The notes under the pieces were generated by a model. It worked only from the letters and a program-made list of their open reading frames with translations. It was not told where the DNA came from and ran no database searches. Source: Microcoleus sp. (GTDB taxonomy: Bacteria > Cyanobacteriota > Cyanobacteriia > Cyanobacteriales > Microcoleaceae). From it: 64,000 bases of DNA. Positions 30,588-40,530 of this stretch are shown here, piece by piece (the stretch's first letter is position 1; the number at the start of each line of letters is the position of its first letter). The translations under genes and the position numbers were made by a program. The DNA lies in assembly GCA_052279835.1 (NCBI GenBank), contig CP181291.1, positions 5,632,001 to 5,696,000 of the forward strand, in the 5' to 3' direction.

Positions 30588-32582
30588 GTGATAGATACTA
30601 GCAGAATACAGCGGTTGCATATTTCCAAACTTAACTTAGCCAAACAAGCAGGTGATAGAACCAATGAATCGGTTGATTGTTTGACTAATCAGGACGAATT
30701 AGCAAGAGGATTGCCAACCTTAAACCCGCAGGAAACACCTGTTTATAAGTCAGTTGTAAGCGATGACAATAATCGCAATTTTTCTGAACTGAAGTCTGGG
30801 CATATTCCTCAAAAACCCTGGGCTGGAGAAATAAATAGCCAAAAATCATTCAGGAATAAAATTGTCATAAATTCCTTGGGTAAAATCATCGAAACTTGCC
30901 AAAATCAAATCGGCAGTTGGGGCATCCATCAAAAAATTGGTAGGGGATATTTGTTGGCAATCGGCATCGGTTTTTTCGGTTCAATGAGTGGATTGGTAAT
31001 TGCCGACTACCACCAAGGACAAGGAGTAAAACAGCTCAATGATGCTCACCAACAAGCCCAATTGCTAGGCAATTTTAAAGATGCAACTCTCGCTGCACAT
31101 TTGCAGGGAACACAGCTAGATTCTTTTGTAGATAATTCTGCCCAATTGCAATTCCAAAAAGAGCAGTTGATTGCGAGTATTAATAAGGCGAAAAAACTGC
31201 GATCGCAAATAGAAACATTTGCCGACAGTAAACCAACTTGGCTGGCTGCAGAACCTGCGATTCTCAAGGCTTTATTGCAAGATTGCACAGCAGATTTAGA
31301 CTCCTACGCCACTACTCTCCAGTCTACCTTGCAGCAAATCGAGCGATCCTCTTCGAGGGCTTCGCTAACGCAATTATCACCGCAACAGATAGAATCAGCG
31401 CGAAAAATTTTGGCAATTGAAAGTGGATATGGTGCACAGCAACTCGATAGCCATTTTCAGGAATTGAGCAAAATTCTCGACATAGCCCAGCAGCAGGAAA
31501 GGCAAAGCGGTGTAGTGATGGAGAATGCCCAAGGCATCGAAAAAGCCATAATTATCATTAGTATGTTGCTGTCGGTAGCGGTGGCGGGAATTGTGGCGAG
31601 GCGCACCAGTAGGGCGATCGCCAAACCTGTCATCAGCGTCACCCAGGTGGCCGAACAAGTAGCCGCCGAGTCGAATTTTGACTTGCGAGTCCCTGTTACT
31701 TCTCAAGGCGAAATCGGCTCTCTGGCTGTGTCTCTCAATCACCTAATCGAGCGGGTTTCGGGACATACAAAAGAATTGGAACAAGCTAAGGAAGTTGCTG
31801 TCGCCGCTAACACTGCTAAAAGCCAGTTTTTAGCAAATATGACCCACGAATTGCGGACACCTTTACACGCGATTATCGGCTACAGTCAACTACTTTTAGA
31901 AGAGGCGCGGGATGGTGGGTATAAGGAGTTTGTACCAGACTTGGACAAGATTGAGAAAGCGGGGGCGCACCTGCTATCTTTGGTTAACGATATCCTCGAT
32001 TTGTCCAAAATTGAAGCGGGGGGGATGAAACTGGAAATTGAGGAGTTTGACATCGCATCGCTGGTGGAGAAAGTGGCGAGTACCGCGCAACCTTTGGTAG
32101 GGAAAAATGGTAATGTTTTGGAGATTGAGTGCGATCGAATTGCGGGTATTGTGCAGGCAGATTTAGGGAAATTGCGGCAAGTTTTGATGCACCTGCTGAG
32201 TAATGCTGGTAAGTTCACCAAAAACGGCCTGGTGAAACTCAGTGTCAGTCGCATTGCAGGAAGTCGCCAATTGCATCTGGGAGAATCGGGTGTTGACAGT
32301 GCGATCGCGATCGGTAAAACTGATGCTGGGGCGATCGAGTCGGATTGGATTTGTTTATCGGTTAAGGATACGGGAATTGGAATGTCGGAAGCACAACAGC
32401 ACAAGTTATTTGAAGCTTTTGTGCAAGGGGATTCTTCGGTGTCGCGAGAGTACGGCGGCACTGGATTGGGGCTGACGATTAGTCGGTATTACTGTCAGAT
32501 GATGGGTGGCGAGATTGTGGTGGAAAGTGAGGAGGGGAAAGGGTCTATCTTTACTGTGCGGATACCCGCGGGAAATGGATGA
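30588..32582 (+). CDS. Membrane sensor histidine kinase (two TMs, HAMP, HisKA, HATPase)
   Basis: FLANMTHELRTPL H-box, KDTGIGM, GGTGLGL; HAMP segment (EIGSLAVSLNHLI). Start uncertain. Confidence 0.9.
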   Translation: MIDTSRIQRLHISKLNLAKQAGDRTNESVDCLTNQDELARGLPTLNPQETPVYKSVVSDDNNRNFSELKSGHIPQKPWAGEINSQKSFRNKIVINSLGKIIETCQNQIGSWGIHQKIGRGYLLAIGIGFFGSMSGLVIADYHQGQGVKQLNDAHQQAQLLGNFKDATLAAHLQGTQLDSFVDNSAQLQFQKEQLIASINKAKKLRSQIETFADSKPTWLAAEPAILKALLQDCTADLDSYATTLQSTLQQIERSSSRASLTQLSPQQIESARKILAIESGYGAQQLDSHFQELSKILDIAQQQERQSGVVMENAQGIEKAIIIISMLLSVAVAGIVARRTSRAIAKPVISVTQVAEQVAAESNFDLRVPVTSQGEIGSLAVSLNHLIERVSGHTKELEQAKEVAVAANTAKSQFLANMTHELRTPLHAIIGYSQLLLEEARDGGYKEFVPDLDKIEKAGAHLLSLVNDILDLSKIEAGGMKLEIEEFDIASLVEKVASTAQPLVGKNGNVLEIECDRIAGIVQADLGKLRQVLMHLLSNAGKFTKNGLVKLSVSRIAGSRQLHLGESGVDSAIAIGKTDAGAIESDWICLSVKDTGIGMSEAQQHKLFEAFVQGDSSVSREYGGTGLGLTISRYYCQMMGGEIVVESEEGKGSIFTVRIPAGNG

Positions 32583-32879
32583 GGTGATTTTTGGGCGAAG
32601 CATTTGGGCGACAATTGGGTTTGTTGCAAAGCTGTTGTTTTGCGTCCAAATGCTTTACTTTTTTCAGTGGGGGCGGGATATTTTATTTTTCCCAGATGTC
32701 TATTTAATGCTGAATGATCTGAAAGAATTAGGTTATCAAAAGCTCGATCGCATTGAACGCGATCGACCTGCTGCGGTAAGTGCGATCGAGATTTTTGAGG
32801 CTGCGCGAACTGTTAATACACCGATCGTAAGAGCTATGGACTACAATTAAAGATTAGAAATCAACTAAAAAACATCGCC

Positions 32880-33432
32880 ATGAGCGTAATTGCAGCTAAA
32901 TGGTCGATCGCCCAATATCACCAAATGATATCTGCGGGCATCTTGGAAAATCAGCGCGTAGAGTTACTAAAAGGAGAAATTGTCGAAATGTCGCCCGAAG
33001 GGGAACCCCACGCCTATTTTAGCAGCGAAGCAGGAACATATCTAATCCGGCTGTTGGGCGATCGCGCTACAATCCGATCGGCAAAACCGATTACTCTTCC
33101 TAACAACTCGGAACCAGAACCAGATCTAGCGATCGTACAGCCCTTGGGGTCGTACATACCTCGAACATCACCCCTATCCAGAAAACATTTTTTGGGTGAT
33201 TGAATACTCTGATTCCACACTCGTCAAAGATGTAGAGACGAAAACCAAAATCTATGCTGAAGTCGGCATCCCCGAATACTGGGTAGTTAACCTCAAAAAG
33301 AGACAATTGGTCGTATTTCGAGATCCTCAAGATGGCGATTACGCTTCCAAATTCACGCTAACAGGTGGAAAAGTTAACCCGATCGCATTTCCAGATGTAA
33401 CTATATCCGTAAGTGCGATCGTCAGCAATTAA
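32880..33432 (+). CDS. Uma2-family (PD-(D/E)XK-like) endonuclease; apparent frameshift at 33146-33149
   Basis: RVELLKGEIVEMSP, SEPEPDLAIV, IEYSDST, K..IYAEVGIPEYWVVNL. Removing one G from GGGG restores QPLGRTYLEHHPYPENIFWVIEYS. Confidence 0.85.
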
Positions 33433-33645
33433 AAATAGCAAGTGTTCGCAAAATTTAGACTCTAATCCAAGAAACCGGGTTTCTACGAAAATTTACGAAT
33501 CCCGATCGGATTTGAGGAAGAAACCCGGTTTCTGAGCCTCGCACAACCATCCAAGAAACCGGGTTTCTGCGAGAATTTACGCATCATCACGAGATTTTAC
33601 AAAGAAACCCGGTTTCTGAGATCCGCTGCCACTTATCAAATCCGA

Positions 33646-35562
33646 TTATTTTCCCACACCAGCAGGCTGCTGGCGGTTTCGCACTTCCAGAAAAATCAAC
33701 AAAGCATTAACATCAGCCGGATTCACCCCACCAATTCTCGATGCTTGACCAATAGTCAACGGCCGGATTCTGGTCAACTTTTCCCGCGACTCCTTCGAGA
33801 GAGTTCCAATTGCCATATAATCCAAATCCGCAGGCAATTGTCGGCGTTCGTGTCTTACGATTTCATCAATTTGATTTTGCTGTTTTTGCAGATAGCCAGA
33901 ATATTTGATGTCAATTTCCGCACCCTCTTTCTCAGCCAACTTCAGACTAGAATCGCCTAAATTGTACCGTTCCAAATCCACATAATGAAAACCCGGACGG
34001 CGCAACAAATCAGCCAGAGTAATCGAACCCTTAATCGCTTGTTGAGTCTCAGCAAAAATCTGCTGACCCAGTTCCTCGTGTTCCTTCACCCGCGTCGCAT
34101 ACAAGCGCTTCTTCTCCGCTACAATATTAGCTTGTTTCCGCTCAAACAACTCCCAACGTCGATCGCCAATCAAGCCAATTTCCCGACCTAGCGGAGTCAA
34201 GCGTTGGTCAGCATTATCCGATCGCAACAATAACCGATATTCCGATCGCGAAGTCAACATCCGATAAGGTTCCCGCAAATCCTTCGTACACAAATCATCA
34301 ATCAAAGTCCCGATATAACTTTGCTCGCGCGCAAACACAATCATCTCCTGATTTTTCGCAAATCTAGCCGCATTAATCCCCGCCACAATCCCCTGGGCGG
34401 CCGCCTCCTCGTAGCCCGTCGTACCGTTCACCTGACCCGCGCAAAACAGCCCTTCAATCTTCTTAGTCATCAACGTTGGGAAACACTGAGTAGCAGGCAA
34501 ATAATCATACTCCACAGCATAAGCTGGGCGCATCATCTCGCACTTTTCCAAACCAGGAAGAGTCCGCAGCATTTGCAATTGCAAAGTTTCCGGTAAACCC
34601 GTCGAAAAACCTTGGATATAAAGTTCAGGAATATCCCTACCTTCCGGCTCAATAAAAATCTGGTGACTTTCCTTATCTGCAAACCGAACAATCTTATCTT
34701 CAATACTCGGACAATAGCGCGGCCCCTTCGCATCCACCCAACCGCCGTAGACTGGAGAAAGGTGCAAATTGTCTCTAATTAACTTGTGAGTTTCCGGCGT
34801 AGTTCGAGTTAGGTAACAAGGCATTTGTTCCCGTTCCACCCAAACTTCTGGATCGAAACTAAACCAGCGCACATCGGCATCTCCGGGTTGCGGTTCCAGG
34901 TTGGTATAATCAAGAGTCCGCTTGTCAACTCTTGCCGGAGTTCCAGTCTTCAACCTGCCAGTTTCAAAGCCCAAGCGATTGAGAGTTTCCGTCAAACCAA
35001 CGGCGGCAAATTCTCCGGCGCGTCCGGCCGGCATCGATTTATTACCCACCCAAATTGTGCCGCCTAAAAAAGTGCCCGTAGTCAGAATTACGGCTTTGCA
35101 CTCAAAGGCGACACCGAAGTAGGTTTCGACTCCGATTACTTCTTCGTTTTTGCCCAAAACTAAGTCTGTTACCATCGCTTCGCGGATGGTCAAATTCTCT
35201 TGATTTTCGACAATATTGTTCATCACAGCGGCGTATTCCCGCTTGTCTGTTTGTGCTCGCAGTGCCCACACAGCGGGGCCTCGCGAAGAGTTGAGGATGC
35301 GTTTTTGTAGATAAGTGCGATCGGCCATTTTGCCAATTTCACCACCTAACGCATCCACTTCGTTAGTCAGTTGAGTTTTAGCCGGGCCGCCGACAGCGGG
35401 ATTGCATGGTTGCCATGCTATTTTATCGAGGTTGAGGGTGAGTAAAAGAGTGCGACAACCGAGGCGAGAAGTGGCGAGGGCGGCTTCGCAGCCGGAGTGT
35501 CCGCCACCTACTACGATGATGTCGAAACTGTCTTGAAATTGTACTGGGGTTTGTGCAGTCAT
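33646..35562 (-). CDS. mnmG: tRNA uridine-5-carboxymethylaminomethyl(34) synthesis enzyme MnmG (GidA)
   Basis: [59 protein letters not shown]. Start set at ATG 35562. Confidence 0.97.
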   Translation of the reverse strand: MTAQTPVQFQDSFDIIVVGGGHSGCEAALATSRLGCRTLLLTLNLDKIAWQPCNPAVGGPAKTQLTNEVDALGGEIGKMADRTYLQKRILNSSRGPAVWALRAQTDKREYAAVMNNIVENQENLTIREAMVTDLVLGKNEEVIGVETYFGVAFECKAVILTTGTFLGGTIWVGNKSMPAGRAGEFAAVGLTETLNRLGFETGRLKTGTPARVDKRTLDYTNLEPQPGDADVRWFSFDPEVWVEREQMPCYLTRTTPETHKLIRDNLHLSPVYGGWVDAKGPRYCPSIEDKIVRFADKESHQIFIEPEGRDIPELYIQGFSTGLPETLQLQMLRTLPGLEKCEMMRPAYAVEYDYLPATQCFPTLMTKKIEGLFCAGQVNGTTGYEEAAAQGIVAGINAARFAKNQEMIVFAREQSYIGTLIDDLCTKDLREPYRMLTSRSEYRLLLRSDNADQRLTPLGREIGLIGDRRWELFERKQANIVAEKKRLYATRVKEHEELGQQIFAETQQAIKGSITLADLLRRPGFHYVDLERYNLGDSSLKLAEKEGAEIDIKYSGYLQKQQNQIDEIVRHERRQLPADLDYMAIGTLSKESREKLTRIRPLTIGQASRIGGVNPADVNALLIFLEVRNRQQPAGVGK

Positions 35563-35686
35563 GGCTGAGTCAGGGGAAGCGCAGGCGACAAACAAGGTTT
35601 TAGTCTTGTCTTTATTCTAGTATAAGTTAAAAGCTACAAAACACTTGTAAGATAATGCTCATGTCAAAAAGTTACCATAAGACAAG

Positions 35687-36430
35687 ATGACGATTCTATT
35701 TTACGTTGATGAGGGTGGCACTGGGTGGAATGATATGGAGACAAATTTCTTTTTTTTAGCTAGCTTTGCTATTCATGTCCAGCACTGGTCACAAATGGAT
35801 AGAGAAGTTTCAGCACTTAAAAAGGAACTATTTAGTGGGAAGGAACCTGAAGACTGGGAACTTAAGGGACGCGATATTTGGCAAGGTGTGGGGTCATTTA
35901 AGAATTTTGCAAGGGAATTCCGTCTTCGAGCGTTCAAGGAAGTTTCAAAAACTATGAGTCAGTTACCTTGCCATATATTCGCTGTTCAAGTCAACAAAAA
36001 AAGATTGCGCGAGACCAGCGAAGATATTAAAGATGAAACTGGTTTGTATCGCTTAAGTTTCAATCAATTATTAGAGCAGCTAGATGCTTATCTAAAGCAA
36101 TCTAACGAAACTGGAATATTACTTCTGGATTCGCGCTCAACTCAGCATACCAGTATTCAGGATGGGAGATTGCTCAGAGTATATCGAGATTGGAATTCAC
36201 AAAAAAAATCTTCTAACTTTGTGGAACTACCTTTGTTTGGCTTCTCAGAATTTTACACTGGTTTGCAGTTAGCAGATTATGTGGTGTACTTGATCGATCG
36301 TAACTCAAAGGAAGCAGGGACAGCCAGTGGTAATACCGAATTGAAGGAAGCATTCAATCTACTTGAGCCGAAAATGCAGTTATTGAAAATTCCTGTTATC
36401 CCGCATAAAATTAACTTTGAATACCGCTAA
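35687..36430 (+). CDS. DUF3800 domain protein (predicted RNase H-like fold nuclease)
   Basis: N-terminal FYVDEGG, ELKG, LLLDSR and C-terminal GLQLADYV match the DUF3800 hYhDE[SG]G...QhAD pattern; 247 aa. Confidence 0.82.
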   Translation: MTILFYVDEGGTGWNDMETNFFFLASFAIHVQHWSQMDREVSALKKELFSGKEPEDWELKGRDIWQGVGSFKNFAREFRLRAFKEVSKTMSQLPCHIFAVQVNKKRLRETSEDIKDETGLYRLSFNQLLEQLDAYLKQSNETGILLLDSRSTQHTSIQDGRLLRVYRDWNSQKKSSNFVELPLFGFSEFYTGLQLADYVVYLIDRNSKEAGTASGNTELKEAFNLLEPKMQLLKIPVIPHKINFEYR

Positions 36431-36452
36431 AATGAAGGTAAGTTTAAATGCG

Positions 36453-36479
36453 AATCCACGACTATAATAGTCGTGGATT
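36453..36479. terminator. Perfect palindrome between the DUF3800 gene and the repeat array (possible bidirectional terminator)
   Basis: AATCCACGACTAT-a-ATAGTCGTGGATT, 13-bp arms, 22 nt after the DUF3800 stop. Confidence 0.55.
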
Positions 36480-36594
36480 TCGCCATTATTGAGAGATTAA
36501 GCCTCTTTTAAAAGGGGATTAAAATCACTCTCTACGCCTTGGCGAGGCGTTATTTTGGTAGCGATGGTTTGTTTCATCAAAGTATGTTTCAGGT

Positions 36595-36783
36595 TGACAG
36601 GCGCACGGTATCTCAACCGTACCATAACTCCCCGTGCAGTTCGGGGCACCTTGTCTCTGACAGGCGCACGGTATCTCAACCGTACCATACCTCCCCGTGC
36701 AGTTCGGGGCACCTTGTCTCTGACAGGCGCACGGTATTTCACCCGCACCATACCTCCCCGTGCAGTTCGGGGCACCTGTTCAT
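36595..36783 (-). ncRNA. Putative DUF3800-associated structured ncRNA array, 3 x 63 nt
   Basis: Units start at 36595, 36658 and 36721. Minus-strand unit GAGACAAGGUGCCCCGAACUGCACGGGGAGGUAUGGUACGGUUGAGAUACCGUGCGCCUGUCA has internal stems and a dedicated upstream promoter. Confidence 0.7.
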
Positions 36784-36791
36784 TTAATATC

Positions 36792-36821
36792 ATTATATAT
36801 TATAGTAAAAGATTTGGTCAA
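36792..36821 (-). promoter_or_regulatory. Near-consensus sigma70-type promoter pointing into the repeat array
   Basis: Minus strand TTGACC (36821-36816), 18 nt, TATAAT (36797-36792); a second TATAAT is at 36804-36799. Confidence 0.65.
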
Positions 36822-36918
36822 ATATCGAACGGTCATAATTGGGGTATATTAACCGAGAGCGAAATGATGCGATCGACTGCAAACGACCAAAGAGGCAAAA
36901 TTACCGCAACCCTAACCG

Positions 36919-37071
36919 TTATGAACCGCTTAAAATCGATGTACGGTAAGTCCCTATCCCTAAGTGTTTCAATGTCATTTCTTCAGCCATTAATTCAACA
37001 GATCGCTTTTCGACAATTGCTCGTGGTTCGGGAGGCAAATTCTCCATAATAGTCTTCAGGCTAATTGTCAT
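36919..37071 (-). pseudogene. Truncated XRE/HigA-like antitoxin remnant
   Basis: MTISLKTIMENLPPEPRAIVEKRSVELMAEEMTLKHLG resembles the N-terminus of HigA-type XRE antitoxins, but the frame decays where the HTH should begin. Confidence 0.5.
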
Positions 37072-37175
37072 CTTCTCTCCTCTTCCTTCGTGACATAAGC
37101 GTCTTCGCGGTTCAACAATTCCGTACAGTGGCAATTTTGCGCTATGTTAGACAACAAAATCTCAAGCGTACACAA

Positions 37176-37505
37176 GTGAAATATTTCTTCTTATCCGACG
37201 GTTGGACGATCGGGCGCGTCTGGGGAGTAGGTGGTTTGTGGACAGATGCCGGCTGGAGACGCCAACCAGACATTACACAACTTAACGTTTGCCTCTGGGA
37301 CCAAAAGGAAAAAATGTGGCTCTACCGCGTAGAAGATGCCGTACTCATGGTAGAGGTTAAACCGACAGTCCCCCCAGACAATACCGATCCCGCCAAAAAT
37401 ATCGGCAGTGTCGTACTGACCAGACTCATCGATGCCGAGCAAGTAATCGATCGCCTTGGGACTATTTCCGCCCACTGTCAAATCGGCAACCCTCAACTAA
37501 TGTGA
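37176..37505 (+). CDS. Conserved cyanobacterial hypothetical protein
   Basis: GTG start; KYFFLSDGWTIGRVWGVGGLW...MWLYRVEDAVLMVEVKP...IGSVVLTRLI reads as a real globular protein. Confidence 0.7.
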   Translation: MKYFFLSDGWTIGRVWGVGGLWTDAGWRRQPDITQLNVCLWDQKEKMWLYRVEDAVLMVEVKPTVPPDNTDPAKNIGSVVLTRLIDAEQVIDRLGTISAHCQIGNPQLM

Positions 37506-37702
37506 GTCCGACATATTGCAATCGGTTCTAAGACTCGATACACTTCGTTAAATAACTTTCATTTTTACGCCTCCATTCTCGAAGGCAGAAAGCAGAAGGC
37601 AAAAAGCAGGATTTAAAACCCGCAGGTAACTGCAAAGGAATTAAAATCTGATTTTTGATTCAAAATAGACATCATCACTTACACCTTGGAGCAACGCAGT
37701 CA

Positions 37703-39232
37703 ATGGGATTACCCTGGTATCGCGTACACACAGTCGTCTTAAATGACCCAGGCCGATTGATTTCTGTACACTTAATGCACACAGCCCTCGTGGCAGGCTG
37801 GGCCGGCTCAATGGCCCTTTACGAATTAGCAGTTTTCGATCCCACAGACCCAGTTCTCAACCCCATGTGGCGTCAAGGGATGTTCGTGCTACCCTTTATG
37901 ACTCGTTTAGGAGTCACCGGTTCTTGGGGTGGTTGGAGCATTACGGGTGAAGGTAACGTCGATCCGGGCTACTGGTCCTTTGAAGGCGTCGCCGCTGCCC
38001 ACATCGTCCTCTCTGGCTTGCTGTTTTTAGCAGCAGTCTGGCACTGGGTATTTTGGGACTTGGAACTGTTCAGAGACCCCCGCACTGGCGAACCCGCCCT
38101 CGATTTGCCAAAAATGTTTGGCATTCACTTGTTCCTCTCTGGCTTACTTTGTTTCGGCTTTGGTGCTTTTCACCTGTCTGGACTCTTCGGACCTGGAATG
38201 TGGGTTTCTGACCCCTACGGTCTGACCGGTCACGTCCAACCAGTGGCTCCTGCCTGGGGCCCTGAAGGCTTCGATCCGTTCAATCCAGGTGGCATCGTGG
38301 CTCACCACATTGCAGCGGGTGTAGTCGGCGTGATTGCTGGTTTGTTCCACTTGACCGTGCGCCCACCGGAACGGCTTTACAAAGCTCTGCGGATGGGGAA
38401 TATCGAAACTGTGCTTTCTAGCAGTATCGCTGCTGTGTTCTTTGCAGCTTTTGTGGTGGCTGGTACCATGTGGTACGGTTCGGCTGCTACTCCGATCGAA
38501 CTTTTTGGCCCGACTCGCTATCAGTGGGATGGTGGCTATTTCCAACAAGAAATCGATCGCCGAGCCCAAGCTAGTTTAGCCGGTGGCGCTAGTTTCCAAG
38601 AAGCTTACGAGCAAATTCCTGAAAAATTGGCTTTCTACGACTACGTGGGCAACTCTCCTGCTAAAGGTGGTTTGTTCCGCGCCGGCGCGATGGTTAATGG
38701 CGACGGTATTGCTAAATCTTGGCTGGGCCATCCAGTATTTAAAGACAGCGAAGGTCGGGTATTGTCGGTTCGCCGTCTCCCGAATTTCTTTGAAACTTTC
38801 CCTGTGATTTTGACGGACAAAGATGGCATCGTTCGCGCTGACATTCCCTTCCGTCGTGCTGAATCTAAATACAGCTTTGAACAAAGTGGAGTTACTGTCA
38901 CTTTCTACGGTGGCGAATATAACGGTCAAACCTTTACCAGTCCTTTGGATGTTAAGAAGTTTGCTCGCGCCGCCCAAAAGGGTGAAGTATTTGAATTCGA
39001 TCGCGAAACTTTGAAGTCTGACGGGGTTTTCCGTACTTCTACTCGTGGTTGGTTCACTTTTGGACACGCTTGCTTTGCTTTGCTGTTCTTCTTCGGCCAC
39101 ATTTGGCACGGTTCTCGGACAATCTTCCGCGACGTGTTTGCTGGAGTTGAAGCTGACATGGAAGAACAAGTCGAATGGGGCTTGTTCCAAAAGTTGGGCG
39201 ACGTCACCACCAGAAGAGAAGAATCTATCTAG
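37703..39232 (+). CDS. psbB: Photosystem II CP47 chlorophyll-binding protein
   Basis: [41 protein letters not shown]...; start at ATG 37703 after GGAG. Confidence 0.99.
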   Translation: MGLPWYRVHTVVLNDPGRLISVHLMHTALVAGWAGSMALYELAVFDPTDPVLNPMWRQGMFVLPFMTRLGVTGSWGGWSITGEGNVDPGYWSFEGVAAAHIVLSGLLFLAAVWHWVFWDLELFRDPRTGEPALDLPKMFGIHLFLSGLLCFGFGAFHLSGLFGPGMWVSDPYGLTGHVQPVAPAWGPEGFDPFNPGGIVAHHIAAGVVGVIAGLFHLTVRPPERLYKALRMGNIETVLSSSIAAVFFAAFVVAGTMWYGSAATPIELFGPTRYQWDGGYFQQEIDRRAQASLAGGASFQEAYEQIPEKLAFYDYVGNSPAKGGLFRAGAMVNGDGIAKSWLGHPVFKDSEGRVLSVRRLPNFFETFPVILTDKDGIVRADIPFRRAESKYSFEQSGVTVTFYGGEYNGQTFTSPLDVKKFARAAQKGEVFEFDRETLKSDGVFRTSTRGWFTFGHACFALLFFFGHIWHGSRTIFRDVFAGVEADMEEQVEWGLFQKLGDVTTRREESI

Positions 39233-39489
39233 GTTCCTCCTACCATCATCGCGCATCGGGAATTTTTGCCGATGCTGCAAGCACCCGGTTTCTTTGAGAA
39301 ACCGGGTTTTTTGAGTTAATTAAGGCACTAAAACAAGAATTCTGGATGGGTAGGTAGCCCCCACAGGGCAACCACAGGGGGATTGCCCCTACCGAAAATC
39401 AAACCGATTCCTGGGGAAATATCTGTCAAATCAGAAAGCAACAATTGAGATAAAATAATACCAAAAGGGAAGAGAAGGAAACTTTAAAC

Positions 39490-39585
39490 ATGGAAAGCGT
39501 TGCTTACATTTTGATTCTGGCTTTGGCATTAGGTGTACTATTTTTTGCGATCGCCTTCCGGGAACCTCCTCGGATTGGCAAATAA
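39490..39585 (+). CDS. psbT: Photosystem II reaction centre protein T
   Basis: Manual translation [31 protein letters not shown], directly downstream of psbB; too short for the ORF track. Confidence 0.96.
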   Translation: MESVAYILILALALGVLFFAIAFREPPRIGK

Positions 39586-39678
39586 GCCGATCGATATTTC
39601 TAGTCCAGCAATTCATCTGATCCGTACAGGGTCAGATGAATTGCAATTTTCTGGCAACGCCTGTAAAACTCAGCAATC

Positions 39679-40236
39679 ATGCGCTGTTCCTCCTGTCAAC
39701 ACACCAATAGTCGCGTTCTGGAATCGCGCTCAGCCGAATCGGGTCAAAGTATTCGGCGGCGGCGCGAGTGTCTCAATTGCCAGCATCGGTTCACAACTTA
39801 CGAACGCATCGAATTTGTGCCGATTACAGTAATTAAACGGGATGGTAAACGCGAATCTTTCGATCGCTCAAAGTTAGTCCGGGGACTGGTTCGGGCCTGT
39901 GAAAAAACCGGTTTGTCTTCCGGGCAACTAGAAACTCTGGCAGAAGAAATTGAAGCCCAACTCCAAGCTCGATCGCTCCGGGAAGTCACTAGCTCGGACA
40001 TTGGAGAATTAGTATTATTACATCTGCGGCCGCTGAGCGAAGTTGCTTATGTCCGTTTTGCCTCCGTATATCGGCAGTTTCGAGGCATCCGAGATTTTGT
40101 AGATACCCTAAATCACCTTCAGAGTCCCCTCATCGAAGCTTTGTGTCCAGAAAGTCCGTCCGAAAATGACCCAGATTTGTCGGAAGTGGATGATATCAAT
40201 TCCGGTAGCATCGGAATTATTAGTAGCCGAAATTAG
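39679..40236 (+). CDS. nrdR: Transcriptional repressor NrdR
   Basis: MRCSSC...SRVLESR...[16 protein letters not shown] zinc ribbon plus ATP-cone ([17 protein letters not shown]). Confidence 0.96.
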   Translation: MRCSSCQHTNSRVLESRSAESGQSIRRRRECLNCQHRFTTYERIEFVPITVIKRDGKRESFDRSKLVRGLVRACEKTGLSSGQLETLAEEIEAQLQARSLREVTSSDIGELVLLHLRPLSEVAYVRFASVYRQFRGIRDFVDTLNHLQSPLIEALCPESPSENDPDLSEVDDINSGSIGIISSRN

Positions 40237-40290
40237 GAGACGGCAGTGCCGTGTCCCTACCCTAAAATTATCTGAGGACACGGCAATGCC

Positions 40291-40530
40291 CATTAGTGTC
40301 AACTTAAGCTGCCAGTCCGCCAAGTCCTTTAGTGGGCCCGCGAGTCCGACAGGGAATGAATTCCCTGTCTCAAAGCGCAAGTCCTCTCAAGAGGACTCAA
40401 GAGAAGAATTTTCAACTCATTAGTCCTCTTTGAGAGGACTGTCTTCTATTAGACAGGGGTTTCAACCCCTGTCGGACTGGCGGGATGACGGGCGGACTTG
40501 GCAGGCCCACAGCTTAAGTTGACACCAATG
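40291..40530. mobile_element. 240-bp MITE with terminal inverted repeats and a 9-bp target-site duplication
   Basis: CATTAGTGTCAACTTAAGCTG ... CAGCTTAAGTTGACACCAATG, flanked by GGCAATGCC (40282-40290) and GGCACTGCC (40531-40539); no transposase-sized ORF. Confidence 0.8.

Noticed and set aside
32506..32850. 114-aa ORF between the His kinase and the Uma2 gene
   Set aside because: Overlaps the kinase 3' end and has no recognisable motif. A small gene remnant cannot be excluded but is unsupported.
36595..36783. CRISPR array interpretation of the 63-bp repeats
   Set aside because: Units are contiguous and nearly identical along their full length, with no unique spacers, and there are no cas genes in the window.
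36497..37049. ORFs running through the 63-bp array (36497..36793 -, 36539..36787 +, 36555..37049 +)
   Set aside because: They are open because the unit length is a multiple of 3. The minus-strand ATG overlaps the -10 box itself, and the products are repeat translations with no protein character.
39533..39832. 99-aa ORF between psbB and nrdR
   Set aside because: Overlaps the real psbT (39490-39585) and nrdR in other frames.
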